Below, piece after piece: positions 45,840-56,732 of a stretch of DNA of 64,000 nt. Location: NCBI GenBank assembly GCA_963713605.1, contig CAVQMO010000012.1:160001-224000 (forward strand), given 5' to 3'. The DNA comes from an uncultured Nitrososphaerales archaeon. GTDB lineage: Archaea > Thermoproteota > Nitrososphaeria > Nitrososphaerales > Nitrososphaeraceae. Numbering within the stretch: the stretch's first letter is position 1; every line of letters starts with the position of its first letter. Both the position numbers and the translations under genes were made by a program. The notes beneath the pieces were generated by a model. That model was given only the letters and a program-made list of their open reading frames with translations, was not told the origin of the DNA and did not search any database.

Positions 45840-46949
45840 ATGGATAATGGAGTATCCAAGAGAGAAAAAGAAGGATCATCATCATCATCATCATCTGACG
45901 CTGGATTCCAAGACTATATGACAGACACTTTGAACAAGGGTATGCTTGCTATAATGATGTCAATAGGTCATAGAACCAAATTGTTCGACATTATTTCATC
46001 TCTTAGTAATCCGTCTACAAGCGAGGAGATCTCATTACAGGCGAAACTAAATGAAAGATATGTTAGAGAGTGGTTAGGTGCAATGGTTGTAAGTAGAGTT
46101 ATCGAGTATGATGCTGCACATAAAACATATTGGCTTGATAAAGAAAAGATGAATTCTTTAACCAGGGCATCAGGTTCATATAACTTTGCAGCTTCTATGC
46201 AATGGATTCCTATACTTGCTCAAGTAGAAGACGATATTGTAAACTGCTTTCAAAAAGGAGGCGGTGTACACTATGATTCTTTTAAGCGTTTTCATGAGGT
46301 GATGGCTGAAGAAAGCGCTCAAACTGTTGTGGCTGGTTTATTCGATTTAATCCTTCCACTCATACCAGGTTTGGAAGAAAACCTCATGAAAGGTATTTCT
46401 GTTTTAGATATTGGATGCGGTAGCGGTTTTGCTATCAATACCATGGCGGCCAGATTTCCCAACAGCAGGTTTGTAGGATATGACATTTCTGAAGAAGCCA
46501 TTAATAAGGCTAGATCTGATGGACGACATCTGGGCAACAAGAATGTATCCTTTGACAGAAATGATGTTTCAAATCCACAAGTCATGAAGACAGATTTTGA
46601 TCTCGTTGTAGCGTTTGACGCTATCCATGACCAAAGAGATCCTGCTAATGTGCTGAAAAATATTGCTAGTATTGTCAATCCGGATGGAGGAATATTCCTA
46701 ATGCAAGATATTCTAGGTTCTAGTTCTCTTGAGAAAAATATCAACCACCCACTTGGACCATTTCTATATACTATCTCTTGCATGCACTGTATGAGTGTAT
46801 CTTTAGCTCAAAATGGGGCTGGTCTTGGTGCAATGTGGGGAGAAGAGAGAGCTATTGAGATGCTTAAAAACGCTGGTTTTACCAATGTCGAAGTCAAAAC
46901 GCTTGCACATGATTTTCAAAACTATTATTACATCGCAAAGAAAACCTAA
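45840..46949 (+). CDS. Class I SAM methyltransferase with N-terminal wHTH (Rv2258c-like architecture)
   Basis: LNERYVREWL, VLDIGCGSG, FDAIHDQ, SCMHCMSVSLA..GAGLGAMWGEE. Confidence 0.93.
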   Translation: MDNGVSKREKEGSSSSSSSDAGFQDYMTDTLNKGMLAIMMSIGHRTKLFDIISSLSNPSTSEEISLQAKLNERYVREWLGAMVVSRVIEYDAAHKTYWLDKEKMNSLTRASGSYNFAASMQWIPILAQVEDDIVNCFQKGGGVHYDSFKRFHEVMAEESAQTVVAGLFDLILPLIPGLEENLMKGISVLDIGCGSGFAINTMAARFPNSRFVGYDISEEAINKARSDGRHLGNKNVSFDRNDVSNPQVMKTDFDLVVAFDAIHDQRDPANVLKNIASIVNPDGGIFLMQDILGSSSLEKNINHPLGPFLYTISCMHCMSVSLAQNGAGLGAMWGEERAIEMLKNAGFTNVEVKTLAHDFQNYYYIAKKT

Positions 46950-47465
46950 AAGTGTATATTTTTGGTGAGAGTATATTTTCTAATGGAATCAGTTGAAAAA
47001 ATATTTTCTCAGGTATTTTACTAAGTATTAGATACATATAGATTGACTAGTGGTATAGTAGTAGTAACAGACATTGTATTTCGAAAATAAAATCTATACA
47101 CCGTTATCCACCAAATGTACCGAAGATGGTATCCAAATTTTTTTCGACCATACCTTGTATCTCTTTTTCTAATTCTATCGATTTCTGAGAAATTTCTTTC
47201 AGAGATCCTTTTCAATTGAGAATATCGGCATGATGGGTGAATTTTTCATATTGTGCACTTCAAAAGTTTATCTGCTCATTTAGCATTTCAAGATAGCATT
47301 GAATAGCTACGGTTTAAGATAACTTTTTAGCAGCGAGATCCTGACTGTCATAGAATAGAAGAATATGTCAAAGTATATCTAACCACAATATAGCTGGATA
47401 GATTATTACACAATCATATTCTCTAAGATTAATAAATATGGCATTGAAGCAATTAAGGTACACTT

Positions 47466-48054
47466 ATGATGCTCCATAATGGACAATTAGTCGTAATAGT
47501 TGTGTTTATGTTAGCTATTGGCATAAATAACTTCACAACAGGTGCCGTCTATGCTTCAGGTAAACGCCTCAAATGATTCTCCTTATAATTCGGGATACGA
47601 CCATGGTTGTGACGATGCCGCTATATCGAATGCATCTGAAAGATATATCAATCAACCAGGAAAGGGACCATCGTTTCATACGGGGGAATTCATGAATGGA
47701 TATTACGTTGGATTCGATGCCTGTTCAAATGGGGCTGGTGACGAAAATGCAGAAAATAATGCTGCGGCTGGAAACCTGAAGGTAATCGCAAATCTAGACA
47801 TGGGTACCTATGGTAATCAATACTGTGCCAGTAGAACGTTTGATATGCGGGTATATGTCCAATTAGAGTTGGCACAGGAAAAAATAGTTGGAGCATGCGA
47901 AGATCAGGAAACAACATTTAGCGGACTTGACGTAACTACAGGTTCTTCGTTCAAAGTTTGTGCTTACGGGAATGATTTGGACTTGTCGGGTTGTAAGGCT
48001 GCCGTAAATGGACCTGAATCTGAACCAGAGCGAGTAATCATCCGAGTTTCCTAG
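47466..48054 (+). CDS. Secreted Cys-containing protein with a YxSGYDHGCxDA motif; signal peptide offset by a 1-nt insertion near 47562
   Basis: ATG at 47466 gives a signal peptide ending GAVYA-SG; removing one A joins NASNDSPYNSGYDHGCDDA...HTGEFMNGY..GFDAC. Confidence 0.72.
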
Positions 48055-48277
48055 ACTACAAGCACTATGTAATGACTTGTTTTGAATATTTTTCTTTTAT
48101 CCATGAAAAGAATGTTAAGCAGTTCGTAGGTATACTGATTCTATTTGTATTTAATAAAGTCAATTTAGTGTCATTTCGTCGATTAATCTAGAAAAATAAA
48201 CTGCATTCAAAATCGACTGACTTCCTTTGGTTTCTCCTTCGAGGAAATGTTGATGAATTTATGCCTGAGAAATATCT

Positions 48278-48727
48278 TTATATTAGCCCCCCAATTCTTT
48301 GGATATTTTGCCAGGAAAAGTAAAGCTGGATAGATTCTAATGCCTTGAGTTTCCAGTGGTAACTAAGTATTCTACATGTCGCAATGTGAGTGTCATAAAT
48401 CATCTTACCTAATAGAGTCAGAGAATATCTACCATTCTGTCTTCTTATCAAACCGGTTTCTATTAGTCTGGATATTCTAACATAGTACTGTCTTGTTGTG
48501 AGCCCCATCTTTAGAATTTGAAGTGGCGCCCTATTGACATCATTATCATCATCTGCAAGGGCTACAGTATTAAATAAAACTAGGGCCTTGTTGTCAGATA
48601 ACGCTTCGTATACATCTTCTATAGATACGTTTTCTGTTTTCAATTTTTTGTTATTAATACCCTTTTCGTGTTCATATTTATAAAATAGAATGAAACTAAA
48701 ACTTAAGAATGAATACAATGTATACAA
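48278..48727 (-). CDS. Winged-helix transcriptional regulator, probably 3'-disrupted; real start likely near 48640
   Basis: ALSDNKALVLFNTVA, LTTRQYYVRISRLIETGLIRRQNGRYSLTLLGK. Confidence 0.75.
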   Translation of the reverse strand: MYTLYSFLSFSFILFYKYEHEKGINNKKLKTENVSIEDVYEALSDNKALVLFNTVALADDDNDVNRAPLQILKMGLTTRQYYVRISRLIETGLIRRQNGRYSLTLLGKMIYDTHIATCRILSYHWKLKALESIQLYFSWQNIQRIGGLI

Positions 48728-49031
48728 GCGATGTAAGTTCTGCTATTTGCCTAAGAAAAAAGATAGAGTCATAACTTTAAGGGTTAACGAGAATGATTTT
48801 AGGATAGTTGAAGGTTTTGCGGAGGCCAGAGGATTGAGTGTTAGTGCATACATTAGCTCAATTATCAACTCTCAAACAGAATTTTATATACCATTAGCAT
48901 CTAGCGAAAAGGTTTCTATCCCGAAGAAGGCTCTGTATTCATTATTCTCATATGCTAGCAAGGATAATTTAGACGGCCTAGTAGATAATTGGGGAACTCT
49001 CCAGTCCATGAATGTTTACTCAGTTTCTTGA
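48690..49031 (+). pseudogene. Ribbon-helix-helix protein, 3'-truncated
   Basis: VITLRVNENDFRIVEGFAEARGLSVSAYISSII; coding quality degrades after DNWG. Confidence 0.65.
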
Positions 49032-49060
49032 AAACCTCCAGGATGGAAGTACCGTATTGG

Positions 49061-49264
49061 TTACGGTCCGTATTTCATTATTCTCAACAACTCTGCACGA
49101 ACTAGCTGACCTAGATAATCACATAATTGAGGATACGTTAGATCTGCATCGAAGGAAATATGTGTCTTCCTGCACTTGAAGAAGGAAGAAGGCGATCCAC
49201 TCCTTGATAACACAACTTTCAAGATGGCGTTTACTATTTCATTTCTGGATCTATTCTTTTTCAT
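49061..49264 (-). pseudogene. Archaeal wHTH (HTH_45-like) regulator, truncated in the wing
   Basis: NRSRNEIVNAILK...KTHISFDADLTYPQLCDYLGQLV..ELL, then a stop. Confidence 0.7.
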
Positions 49265-49388
49265 GTGGTCAGTAAGAGTGATGAAAAAATTGGATGTATA
49301 TAGCTATTAACGCACTACGTAAAGAAGGAGAGGGGATGTAGGATGAAGACAGACTTCAGTTCAATAAGTCGATGAACGTGAGTGAATA

Positions 49389-50439
49389 TTATTTAGTTTT
49401 CCTGAATTTGTCTACTTCCTGAAGCACCTCATTTAGATATCTTTTCATAGCTTCTAATTCATCTGTTGTGTCATTTAGCTTTGATCGTGATTCATCATAT
49501 AATTCAGTAAGTTTTAAGAAACTTTCAAACATTGAAACATAAGATAACACAGTTGATTTACTTGTTGAATAAGTTGAAGTGCCAATAGACTTCTTCTACA
49601 ATGAGTTTTGAATCATCCTTCAGCTCTGCAGCTAGAGAGAACTTCTTATCTACTATCAATACTGTAACTGTAGAACGCGAAGATGGTTCTATACGCCGAA
49701 TATGTGTGTGCGTACTTTGCTTTTCGAGATCCTTAGCTAACATCTCAAGTGTATCGTTCATAGGTGTCAACATAGTTACAGTTAGATCACGAGAGTTTGC
49801 AGCTTTGACAACACGTTGAACACCTCCTACATTCATCTGTCGTATATTTGCATTAACACTAGAGAATAGCACCAGGATTTCCTTTTCGGCAAGATCTATG
49901 AGCCTTATTGCTATCTGTTGAGCTTCATTGGGGCTACGTATGATTTCAATTACCTCTGGAAGTTCACCCTTCTCAATTTCATTAATTTTTTGCTGTCCTG
50001 AGATGGCTTTGTTCCAGAGTGTTTCGAACACGTACTGTTGTTGTTTCACTGTTTCTTTTACATTCCAGTAAATTAATTGAGATGCTAATTTTCCTTCCTT
50101 ATGAATGACCTCAGGAATCATGCATTCTGTATCGCTCACATAAAAGGTTCCAGCAATACCATCCAGATGACGTAGTTCATTGACTATTCCCATTAGTTTT
50201 TTGCAAGAATCTACGTTACTTGTAGTAATCTCAGTTATACATCTTAACTTAACTCCTCTATTCAGAGAATCTATAATTAATCCTTTAATTTGATCGTTAT
50301 CGATACTTAATGATGGACGAGTATAATCTATACATGCATCAATTCTTGTATCTGCTCTGGATTTAAAGCTCAACGCGGTTTCTATCACCTTCTCATCACC
50401 CTTAATAATCTCTGCAATCTCTCTATCTTGATTATTCAA
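49389..50439 (-). CDS. Tandem PLD/TrmB-like sensory domains plus coiled coil, no kinase core; frameshift near 49590
   Basis: RGVKLRCITEIT..N, ELRHLDGI, QQQYVFETLWNKA, LIVDKKFSLAAELKDDS; the other frame continues AIGTSTYSTSKSTVLSYVSMFE...DKFRKTK*. Confidence 0.8.
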
Positions 50440-50492
50440 ACAATATGAACGTGTAATGATAATTGCTCGAATAATTAAAAAATATCGCTGAC

Positions 50493-50529
50493 ATATTCAG
50501 AAATAGTTATAGTAATATTCAGAAATAGT
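50493..50529. promoter_or_regulatory. 15-bp direct repeat (atattcagaaatagt x2, 22-bp period) upstream of the sensor gene
   Basis: Copies at 50493..50507 and 50515..50529. Confidence 0.5.
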
Positions 50530-51062
50530 AATTTGTTGGAAATTCTGTAGAAAGATGAGTCTATCTCTACACAATCAAATGCGTTAGAATAATATTTCAG
50601 CCACCTCAAATTCTCGATAGATTTAGGATAAAATGGTCCTTGCCATGATGAGTTAGCTCCAACCTGAATATTCCTATGTAATATTGCATCGCTGTTGTTG
50701 CATACTCACGTATAACCACAAACAGATAATCATTCTGTGGTTCAAATGGTTAAATACCATTACTCTAGCGCTTTTGTTATCATAATATTCGTAATAGTCA
50801 TTTACATTATGGCTAACGCTTGAATTAGATAGTATTGGTTTGAAACACCACAGTATTATCATCTGCTCCCAGTACCTTTGATGTAATGTAAACTAATCTT
50901 TGAATATTTATCCCAATGCATATTCTGAAGCGTTTTATCTACATAATAAAAGATTAGATAGCTATCATACGAAACCTGGCAAGTACTTATATCAATACTC
51001 TTCTAATAGTCGGGAGGATAGGATCAGGTATTAACCATTTCTCGCTATTAAGCAGAGTTAGT

Positions 51063-51254
51063 ATGCCACCGACTAAAGAATGTAGTTGTGATAGGCGAAT
51101 CCCTCATTCAGTTGAATTTGTGATATTGGGTTCGAAAATAGAGTTGCAATGCCGCACATGCAATGGTACGATTAAGTGGTGGAACGAAGAAACTAATAAG
51201 ATCATACCTTTCAGACGCTCGTGGTATGACGAAGAGAGTTCTTCAATGCGTTAG
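51063..51254 (+). CDS. Cys-rich micro-protein (CxC...CxxC-WW); paralog of 63214..63411
   Basis: ECSCDRR...IELQCRTCNGTIKWW...RRSW..EE...MR. Confidence 0.75.
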   Translation: MPPTKECSCDRRIPHSVEFVILGSKIELQCRTCNGTIKWWNEETNKIIPFRRSWYDEESSSMR

Positions 51255-51264
51255 CTTCTCGCTC

Positions 51265-51323
51265 GTTCTAATAGAAAAAATATCAGATTTATGAGAGCGT
51301 CTGAATTTGCCTAATGTAAATAA
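51265..51323 (+). promoter_or_regulatory. Conserved upstream element of the QANACGN family, copy 3
   Basis: gttctaatagaaaaaatatcagatttatgagagcgtctgaatttgcctaatgtaaataa; only a few mismatches to the 8.9 kb copy. Confidence 0.75.
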
Positions 51324-51349
51324 GCAAAACTCGCGTGCTGGTACCAAGT

Positions 51350-51607
51350 ATGAATACCAAATATTTGGTTATCGTGGCAGCAATAACGGCTATTCTGGTC
51401 GGAGCAACAGCGCTTGCAACAACAGACAGTGCATATGCATCTGATAAGAACCAAGCAACTTCACAAGCGAATGCTTGTGGCAATGGTGAACTACCGTTGA
51501 ATGTTGGATGTCAGAATGTTGGTTCACAGATTCAAGGTGACGAGAACGGAGTAGCATTAACAGCACAACAAACATTCCCAGCAATCGGCAACGATAATGG
51601 GAAGTAA
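51350..51607 (+). CDS. Secreted QANACGN-family micro-protein, copy 3
   Basis: NQATSQANACGNGELPLNVGCQNVGSQIQGDENGVALTAQQ. Confidence 0.85.
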   Translation: MNTKYLVIVAAITAILVGATALATTDSAYASDKNQATSQANACGNGELPLNVGCQNVGSQIQGDENGVALTAQQTFPAIGNDNGK

Positions 51608-51653
51608 GCATTAACAGCACATAGAATTCTTTGACCGTACTTGAAACTGACTC

Positions 51654-51672
51654 TTCCTTTTTTATTTTTTCT
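51654..51672 (+). terminator. Putative archaeal oligo-T terminator
   Basis: T-rich tract (ccttttttattttttct) about 50 nt after the stop codon. Confidence 0.45.
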
Positions 51673-51975
51673 GTACATTAAGTTGAGAAATCTATAATCA
51701 GATAATGAGTATTAATTATGGTCCTAGATTGCATTAATGAAGCTCTGAATAAAATTGATAGGAGTAACAACAAGTAACAACCGACTCGCTTTTTTTCTTT
51801 TACGCAAAATCTATTAAACTCATCCACTGAACGTATATATTCTAAAGAAACTTCGTCAATAGCCGATCGTCGGGCAGGGATTATTAATACCGTGTGCTTA
51901 GATGCCAAAAATATTCAACTGTTAACTAAAAATATACTTTAATTCCTATTTAGAAAGTTAGGCGATATATCTACA

Positions 51976-52437
51976 ATGACATACATGTCCAAAAATGAAA
52001 CACAAAAATTTCTTATGCAAGGTACTTTTACGGCAAAACTTACCACAGTCAACAAAGATGGAAGCCCGCACGTTGTTCCAGTTTGGTTCGTATTAGATGA
52101 ACGAAAAAATCGAACAACTAAGAAAATAGAAGATATTATTTTTACTACATATAAGGATTCAGTTAAGGTAACAAATATTCAACGCGATAATAGAGTGAGT
52201 ATTTGTGTAGATGATCAGACTCCCCAGTTTTCGTTTGTAATTATTCATGGTACTGCAAGAATAGTTCGTCAGAAATATAACGAACTATTAAAGTGGAATA
52301 CCAGAATAGCAGAACGATATATGGGTAAGAGGAATGCAAAAGCGTATGGGGAAAGAAATACTACTGAAGATGTTATTCTCGTACGTGTAAAGCCTATAAA
52401 AATAATAGCGGAGAAAGATATAGCTGCATGGGAATGA
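51976..52437 (+). CDS. PPOX-class F420-dependent oxidoreductase
   Basis: AKLTTVNKDGSPHVVPVWF, K..NIQRDNRVSICVDD. Confidence 0.92.
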   Translation: MTYMSKNETQKFLMQGTFTAKLTTVNKDGSPHVVPVWFVLDERKNRTTKKIEDIIFTTYKDSVKVTNIQRDNRVSICVDDQTPQFSFVIIHGTARIVRQKYNELLKWNTRIAERYMGKRNAKAYGERNTTEDVILVRVKPIKIIAEKDIAAWE

Positions 52438-52544
52438 TATGAAGATTGCCTTAGTAACGTTGAAATTGACCAGCATATTGGATCTGATAGAATCATGTCA
52501 TAGCCAGATCTCGAAATCAGTTCATGCTTTGTTCAATGGATGAT

Positions 52545-53600
52545 TCAATTGTTTGGTACGGTTGAAAGAAATGTATTTAATATCTTACCGATTTCATCTG
52601 GATATTGATTCATTACTGCATGACCAGCATCTTTGATCTGTACAAGCCATGCTCCCGGAATTTTACCTGCAAGAATTAAAGCATTTCCGTGAGGCATGTA
52701 GTCATTATCGTCTGTTCCAGTTATGACCAACGTGGGTTTTGCCAATTTCGCTTCCGCATCACAAGCACCACTCCAGTTGGTATTCTCCCAAATAACTAGG
52801 CTGTTCTGCTTATTTGCTATTTCAGGGGGCAAACCAGGCTTCAATTGTTGTAATGATGTAGTGTTTGCTGGAATGTCAACTGATTCAGGATGCAGTTTGA
52901 CCCATCCCGATCCTAACGAGGCAACATTAAGCGCTTTCAATTCCTCAGTAATGGGAATATTTTGTAGAGATTTGTTTACAACATCAGCTTGCAATTTCAG
53001 AAATTCAGCTGGTTTAGGTATGCCATCTTTCCCACCACAAGTCGAGGCAATAAGAATAAGGCTGTTAACCTTTTGTGGATGGCTGATAGTAAATGCCTGA
53101 GCTATATGTCCTCCTAAAGAATATCCCATAACATCTGCTTTTGGTATTTTCAGAGCATCAAGCAAACCAGCTGTATCGTTTGCTAGTTGCAGATAGGTGT
53201 ATAGTTTGGAACCAACTGTTGAATTTCCAATTCCACGTTGATCAAACGCAATCACTGTGTGATTTGAAGAAATTTCTGTTAGAAAGGAAGGATCCCAGGC
53301 ATCCATACTATCAGAAGCGCCATTGAAAAGTATTATAGGGTCACCTTTACCAAACATCTTGTACGCAATATCAATATCTCCAACATGGACTTTTTCTAAT
53401 GGGATATCCTGTATATTTACCAAATTCGTAGAATTGGAAATCGTTTGGTCTGGATCTGATTGACCATACACTACTTTAGTAATGTCAAAACTACCATGGT
53501 TACTAATTGATGGGCTTGCGATAACAAGCGTAGATATGACAGCAATAATGACTAGATGAACTTTCCTAACAAGTCTGTGACTTGACACAAATCTCAGCAC
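52545..53600 (-). CDS. Secreted alpha/beta hydrolase
   Basis: GKGDPIIL, FDQRGIGNS, GYSLGG nucleophile elbow, ITGTDD, AGHA. Confidence 0.93.
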   Translation of the reverse strand: MLRFVSSHRLVRKVHLVIIAVISTLVIASPSISNHGSFDITKVVYGQSDPDQTISNSTNLVNIQDIPLEKVHVGDIDIAYKMFGKGDPIILFNGASDSMDAWDPSFLTEISSNHTVIAFDQRGIGNSTVGSKLYTYLQLANDTAGLLDALKIPKADVMGYSLGGHIAQAFTISHPQKVNSLILIASTCGGKDGIPKPAEFLKLQADVVNKSLQNIPITEELKALNVASLGSGWVKLHPESVDIPANTTSLQQLKPGLPPEIANKQNSLVIWENTNWSGACDAEAKLAKPTLVITGTDDNDYMPHGNALILAGKIPGAWLVQIKDAGHAVMNQYPDEIGKILNTFLSTVPNN

Positions 53601-53639
53601 GCAGCGAAGTATTAAAAGATTCCTGGCTTAAACAAAGAG

Positions 53640-54287
53640 ATGTCCCAGAATTCCGCTGCTTCAAATACTGCATCCAACATTGTAGATATTTCAGACTTTT
53701 CAGGTTTAGATAGTAATACTCTAGACCAGAGCAATACCCAGAGTAATGAACAGACAGTGGATGGATCTGCAGTATCTAATGGTGGTAACAGCTATATTAA
53801 TATCGATGGACTTACGCCCAACAATGGTGTAAGTCAGGACAACCTACAGAACAACGAAAATACAGATGAAGACTCGACAGCAACTAATGAGGCTAGTAAT
53901 AATGCCAATATAGAGGGTGGAGAAGATTTTGATACATTCTCTAGTAATAATGAGGTGGACCAGGTTAATTCACAGAGCAATGAAAACGTAGAAGATGATT
54001 CCACGGCAACAAATAAAGCAAGTAACAACGCAAATATCGAAACTTCACAAGATCCTGACACAGGCGAGATGACAGAGTCGAATAACAATGAAGTTGATCA
54101 AGACAATGAACAGAGTAATGAGAACATATCGGATGATTCAGAATCATCTCATGAGGCTAGCAACAACGTAGATATCTCAGGTTCATCCGATAACTCTATA
54201 GAACAGAGCAACAGTCAATATTCAGAAGATGTCGAAGATGGCTCAAGTAGCAAACAAGAGTCATCAAACAATGCAAGCTTCGAATAA
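53640..54287 (+). CDS. N/S/Q/D/E-rich repeat protein (curlin-like beta-solenoid candidate), probably 5'-truncated
   Basis: About five imperfect repeats of NNEVDQxNxQSNENxxDDSxAxNEASNNANIE; no signal peptide. Confidence 0.75.
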   Translation: MSQNSAASNTASNIVDISDFSGLDSNTLDQSNTQSNEQTVDGSAVSNGGNSYINIDGLTPNNGVSQDNLQNNENTDEDSTATNEASNNANIEGGEDFDTFSSNNEVDQVNSQSNENVEDDSTATNKASNNANIETSQDPDTGEMTESNNNEVDQDNEQSNENISDDSESSHEASNNVDISGSSDNSIEQSNSQYSEDVEDGSSSKQESSNNASFE

Positions 54288-54400
54288 GCCTGGTCTTCCA
54301 TTCTTTTTATTTAAGTGATTGATAGTACCCAAGATATAGTTACTGAAGCAACAACTCAGAAGTCTTGCTTTAACACAGAATTTCTATTTATAGATTGAAT

Positions 54401-54799
54401 CTATAAAATTAGGAAATAACTGTAACTACTTATAGAAATACTCTGGTATTTCAAGTCATGATACAGTATTGGCGGCAGATTTATTATTATGTAGTCAAGG
54501 GAAGCAGTATCAGCTGGTGGTGTCGTACAAACAACTTCTAACGTTCCTGCGAAGACTTGTGCAGCACTGCAGACTCTATTCACTACATTTACTATTGCAC
54601 TAGATCCCGAACTATCAGGGTTACCTGCTAGAGGTTCATTTATAAAAAAAGTTGTTATATCTATACCATTAGGATTCCACCCCACAGCATGTCCAGCATC
54701 GTTGTCAAATACGGTTACTTTTTTCATAAAACTCTCAGCAGGTTTACTATCTAAACTTGATAGTACAAAAAATCCTACTGTTGATAAACTTAATGTCAT
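54401..54799 (-). CDS. Small beta-rich domain with a GWNP motif, likely the remnant of a surface protein
   Basis: SFMKKVT..D..AGHAVGWNPNG...C...C..PP...SLDYII. Confidence 0.55.
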   Translation of the reverse strand: MTLSLSTVGFFVLSSLDSKPAESFMKKVTVFDNDAGHAVGWNPNGIDITTFFINEPLAGNPDSSGSSAIVNVVNRVCSAAQVFAGTLEVVCTTPPADTASLDYIIINLPPILYHDLKYQSISISSYSYFLIL

Positions 54800-55068
54800 C
54801 TTATCTTGATATATTGCTTAATATAGACCTAATCTGAATTTCGTGAGATATGTTACCCAAATTTATGTTACTCTTGTTAGTTAAGAATCTGAGGGTCTTT
54901 TGAGATGGCATTTGTATAGATGGATTGCTATCTTTCTAACTGATAGATGAAAGCAGCAGCTATTAAACGCTATATTTTCTCCCACAATAACAGTGTTTAA
55001 TCAGATGAATAGCCCTAACTAGATTCACCAAAAAATGTCAAAAATGGAAAGCAGTCTTTGTCGGGTTA

Positions 55069-56111
55069 TTATGGCTTTTTGAATATTATATAGCTAATCT
55101 CCACTATCTGGGAACTCGAAACAAAGTGATGTTGATTTTCAAATCCAAAACCTACCTGACTGCTACCTACAACCGAATTCATGAGTACGGGCGCAGGTGG
55201 TGATCTGGGATTATTCCATGTAGAGACTATCATGTCGCCAAAGCTCGCATTTGGATTGAAACAGAGGAATTGTGAGAATCCACCTGGCCCAAGATTGGGT
55301 ACACTTCCTAGGCAACTGCCAAAAATGAGATTGTTAATACCTGATATTTTATTTCCGGCAATTGCACCATCGGCTATCTTCGGGGCGGTTATTGCGTTAT
55401 TTGCTATTGCATTGGGCCCGATCTGTTTCATAGTATATGCTGTAGATGGTGTAGGTTCATCTATTGGTGCACTGGCCGCATTTCTAGTTGTTACAGTGAC
55501 TTTGTAGTTAGCACTGGGAGCTAGTGGATTATTGATATTTGCAAATTCTAATCTTATCAGTGTGCCAGCCGGTATATTTACAGCATTACTTACTGTAAAA
55601 GTTATAGTTTGCCCAAAATTGCTTGCAGTACCAGTTAGTTCGGTACAATCACTTCCAGGTACGCATTTCTCTGCTTCATTAAAGAAACCACTACCACCTA
55701 TTGTGGTGCCTGCTGGGAAAGTTACCTGAATGAATTTGATTGTACCTGCAGTAGATGTAAAAATACTACATCATAGAATGAATTGGTATTTACAATATTA
55801 TTAGTTGGTCTAGCAGTAAGAGATGAAAGTGTTGCTTGGATAGTAAAATCACTTGTATGTTGTTTTGATGTTGATGGTGCACTAGTAGTAGGTGTAGCTG
55901 ATGAGGATGACGGCGGAATAGTTTCTAATATGAGGGGGTTGAGTGATAACCGCTGCTATCAACTCTATTTGGATTACTAGCAGCCAACACTTGCTGGATT
56001 AGCAAGCATGAAAACAGGTGATGATATTGCCATAACAGCAAAAATGAATGTAATAGCAACTCGTAGTTTTGGGATCTTTCTTAATCTCGAAGCAGGCAAA
56101 CCTATGGTCAT
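55069..56111 (-). pseudogene. Frameshifted secreted surface protein: signal, S/T/P linker, beta domain, IA-x-x-AI repeats, C-terminal beta domain
   Basis: Manual translation MTIGLPASRLRKIPKLRVAITFIFAVMAISS..., TIKFIQVTFPAGTT...IRLEFANINNP..., then QIGPNAIANNAITAPKIADGAI. Confidence 0.72.
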
Positions 56112-56732
56112 TGGTTGTTATAGAATTGTCTATTGTACGCTTATTGTGAATTTAGTGGGATATCTTACCCCGATTTATGTTACTCATGTTAAATAAAATT
56201 CATACTTGGACCAAACACATTAAATACGCTCAATACTTGAAATGAATTCAGTTCTCTATAATGAATGTTGTCACACTACCACAACCAATTAGATGTGCCC
56301 TGCCATTGAGCTGTTATGATTGGATCAGTGAATATCTAGTTCTAATTGACAGTTGTCACAATAAAGACAGATGATCGAATTCTGCGTAGAGCTCCATCAC
56401 ATCTTTACATCTAGGGCATGACACGAAATCAAGTTGCTCTACTAACACCTTCTCTTTTTGTGGCTCTTGTAGTCCGGTTTGATTATTATTTTTATTTGGC
56501 TGTCTAGTGGTACTCTTAACGTACTAAATAATATACATAATATGCTATAAGCCTCTGATCACTTTCATTACATTATGGTATAATATGCTGGTAAAATGTA
56601 ATAAAAAACATTTGTGTTATAATGTATTTGATTTCAGATCTTTTACTATATAATTTAGCAGTAAATAACTGAGATTTTTCTAGGATTGATATGCTTATGA
56701 ATTCACATAAGTCAAATCCTGATTAAAGAAGC

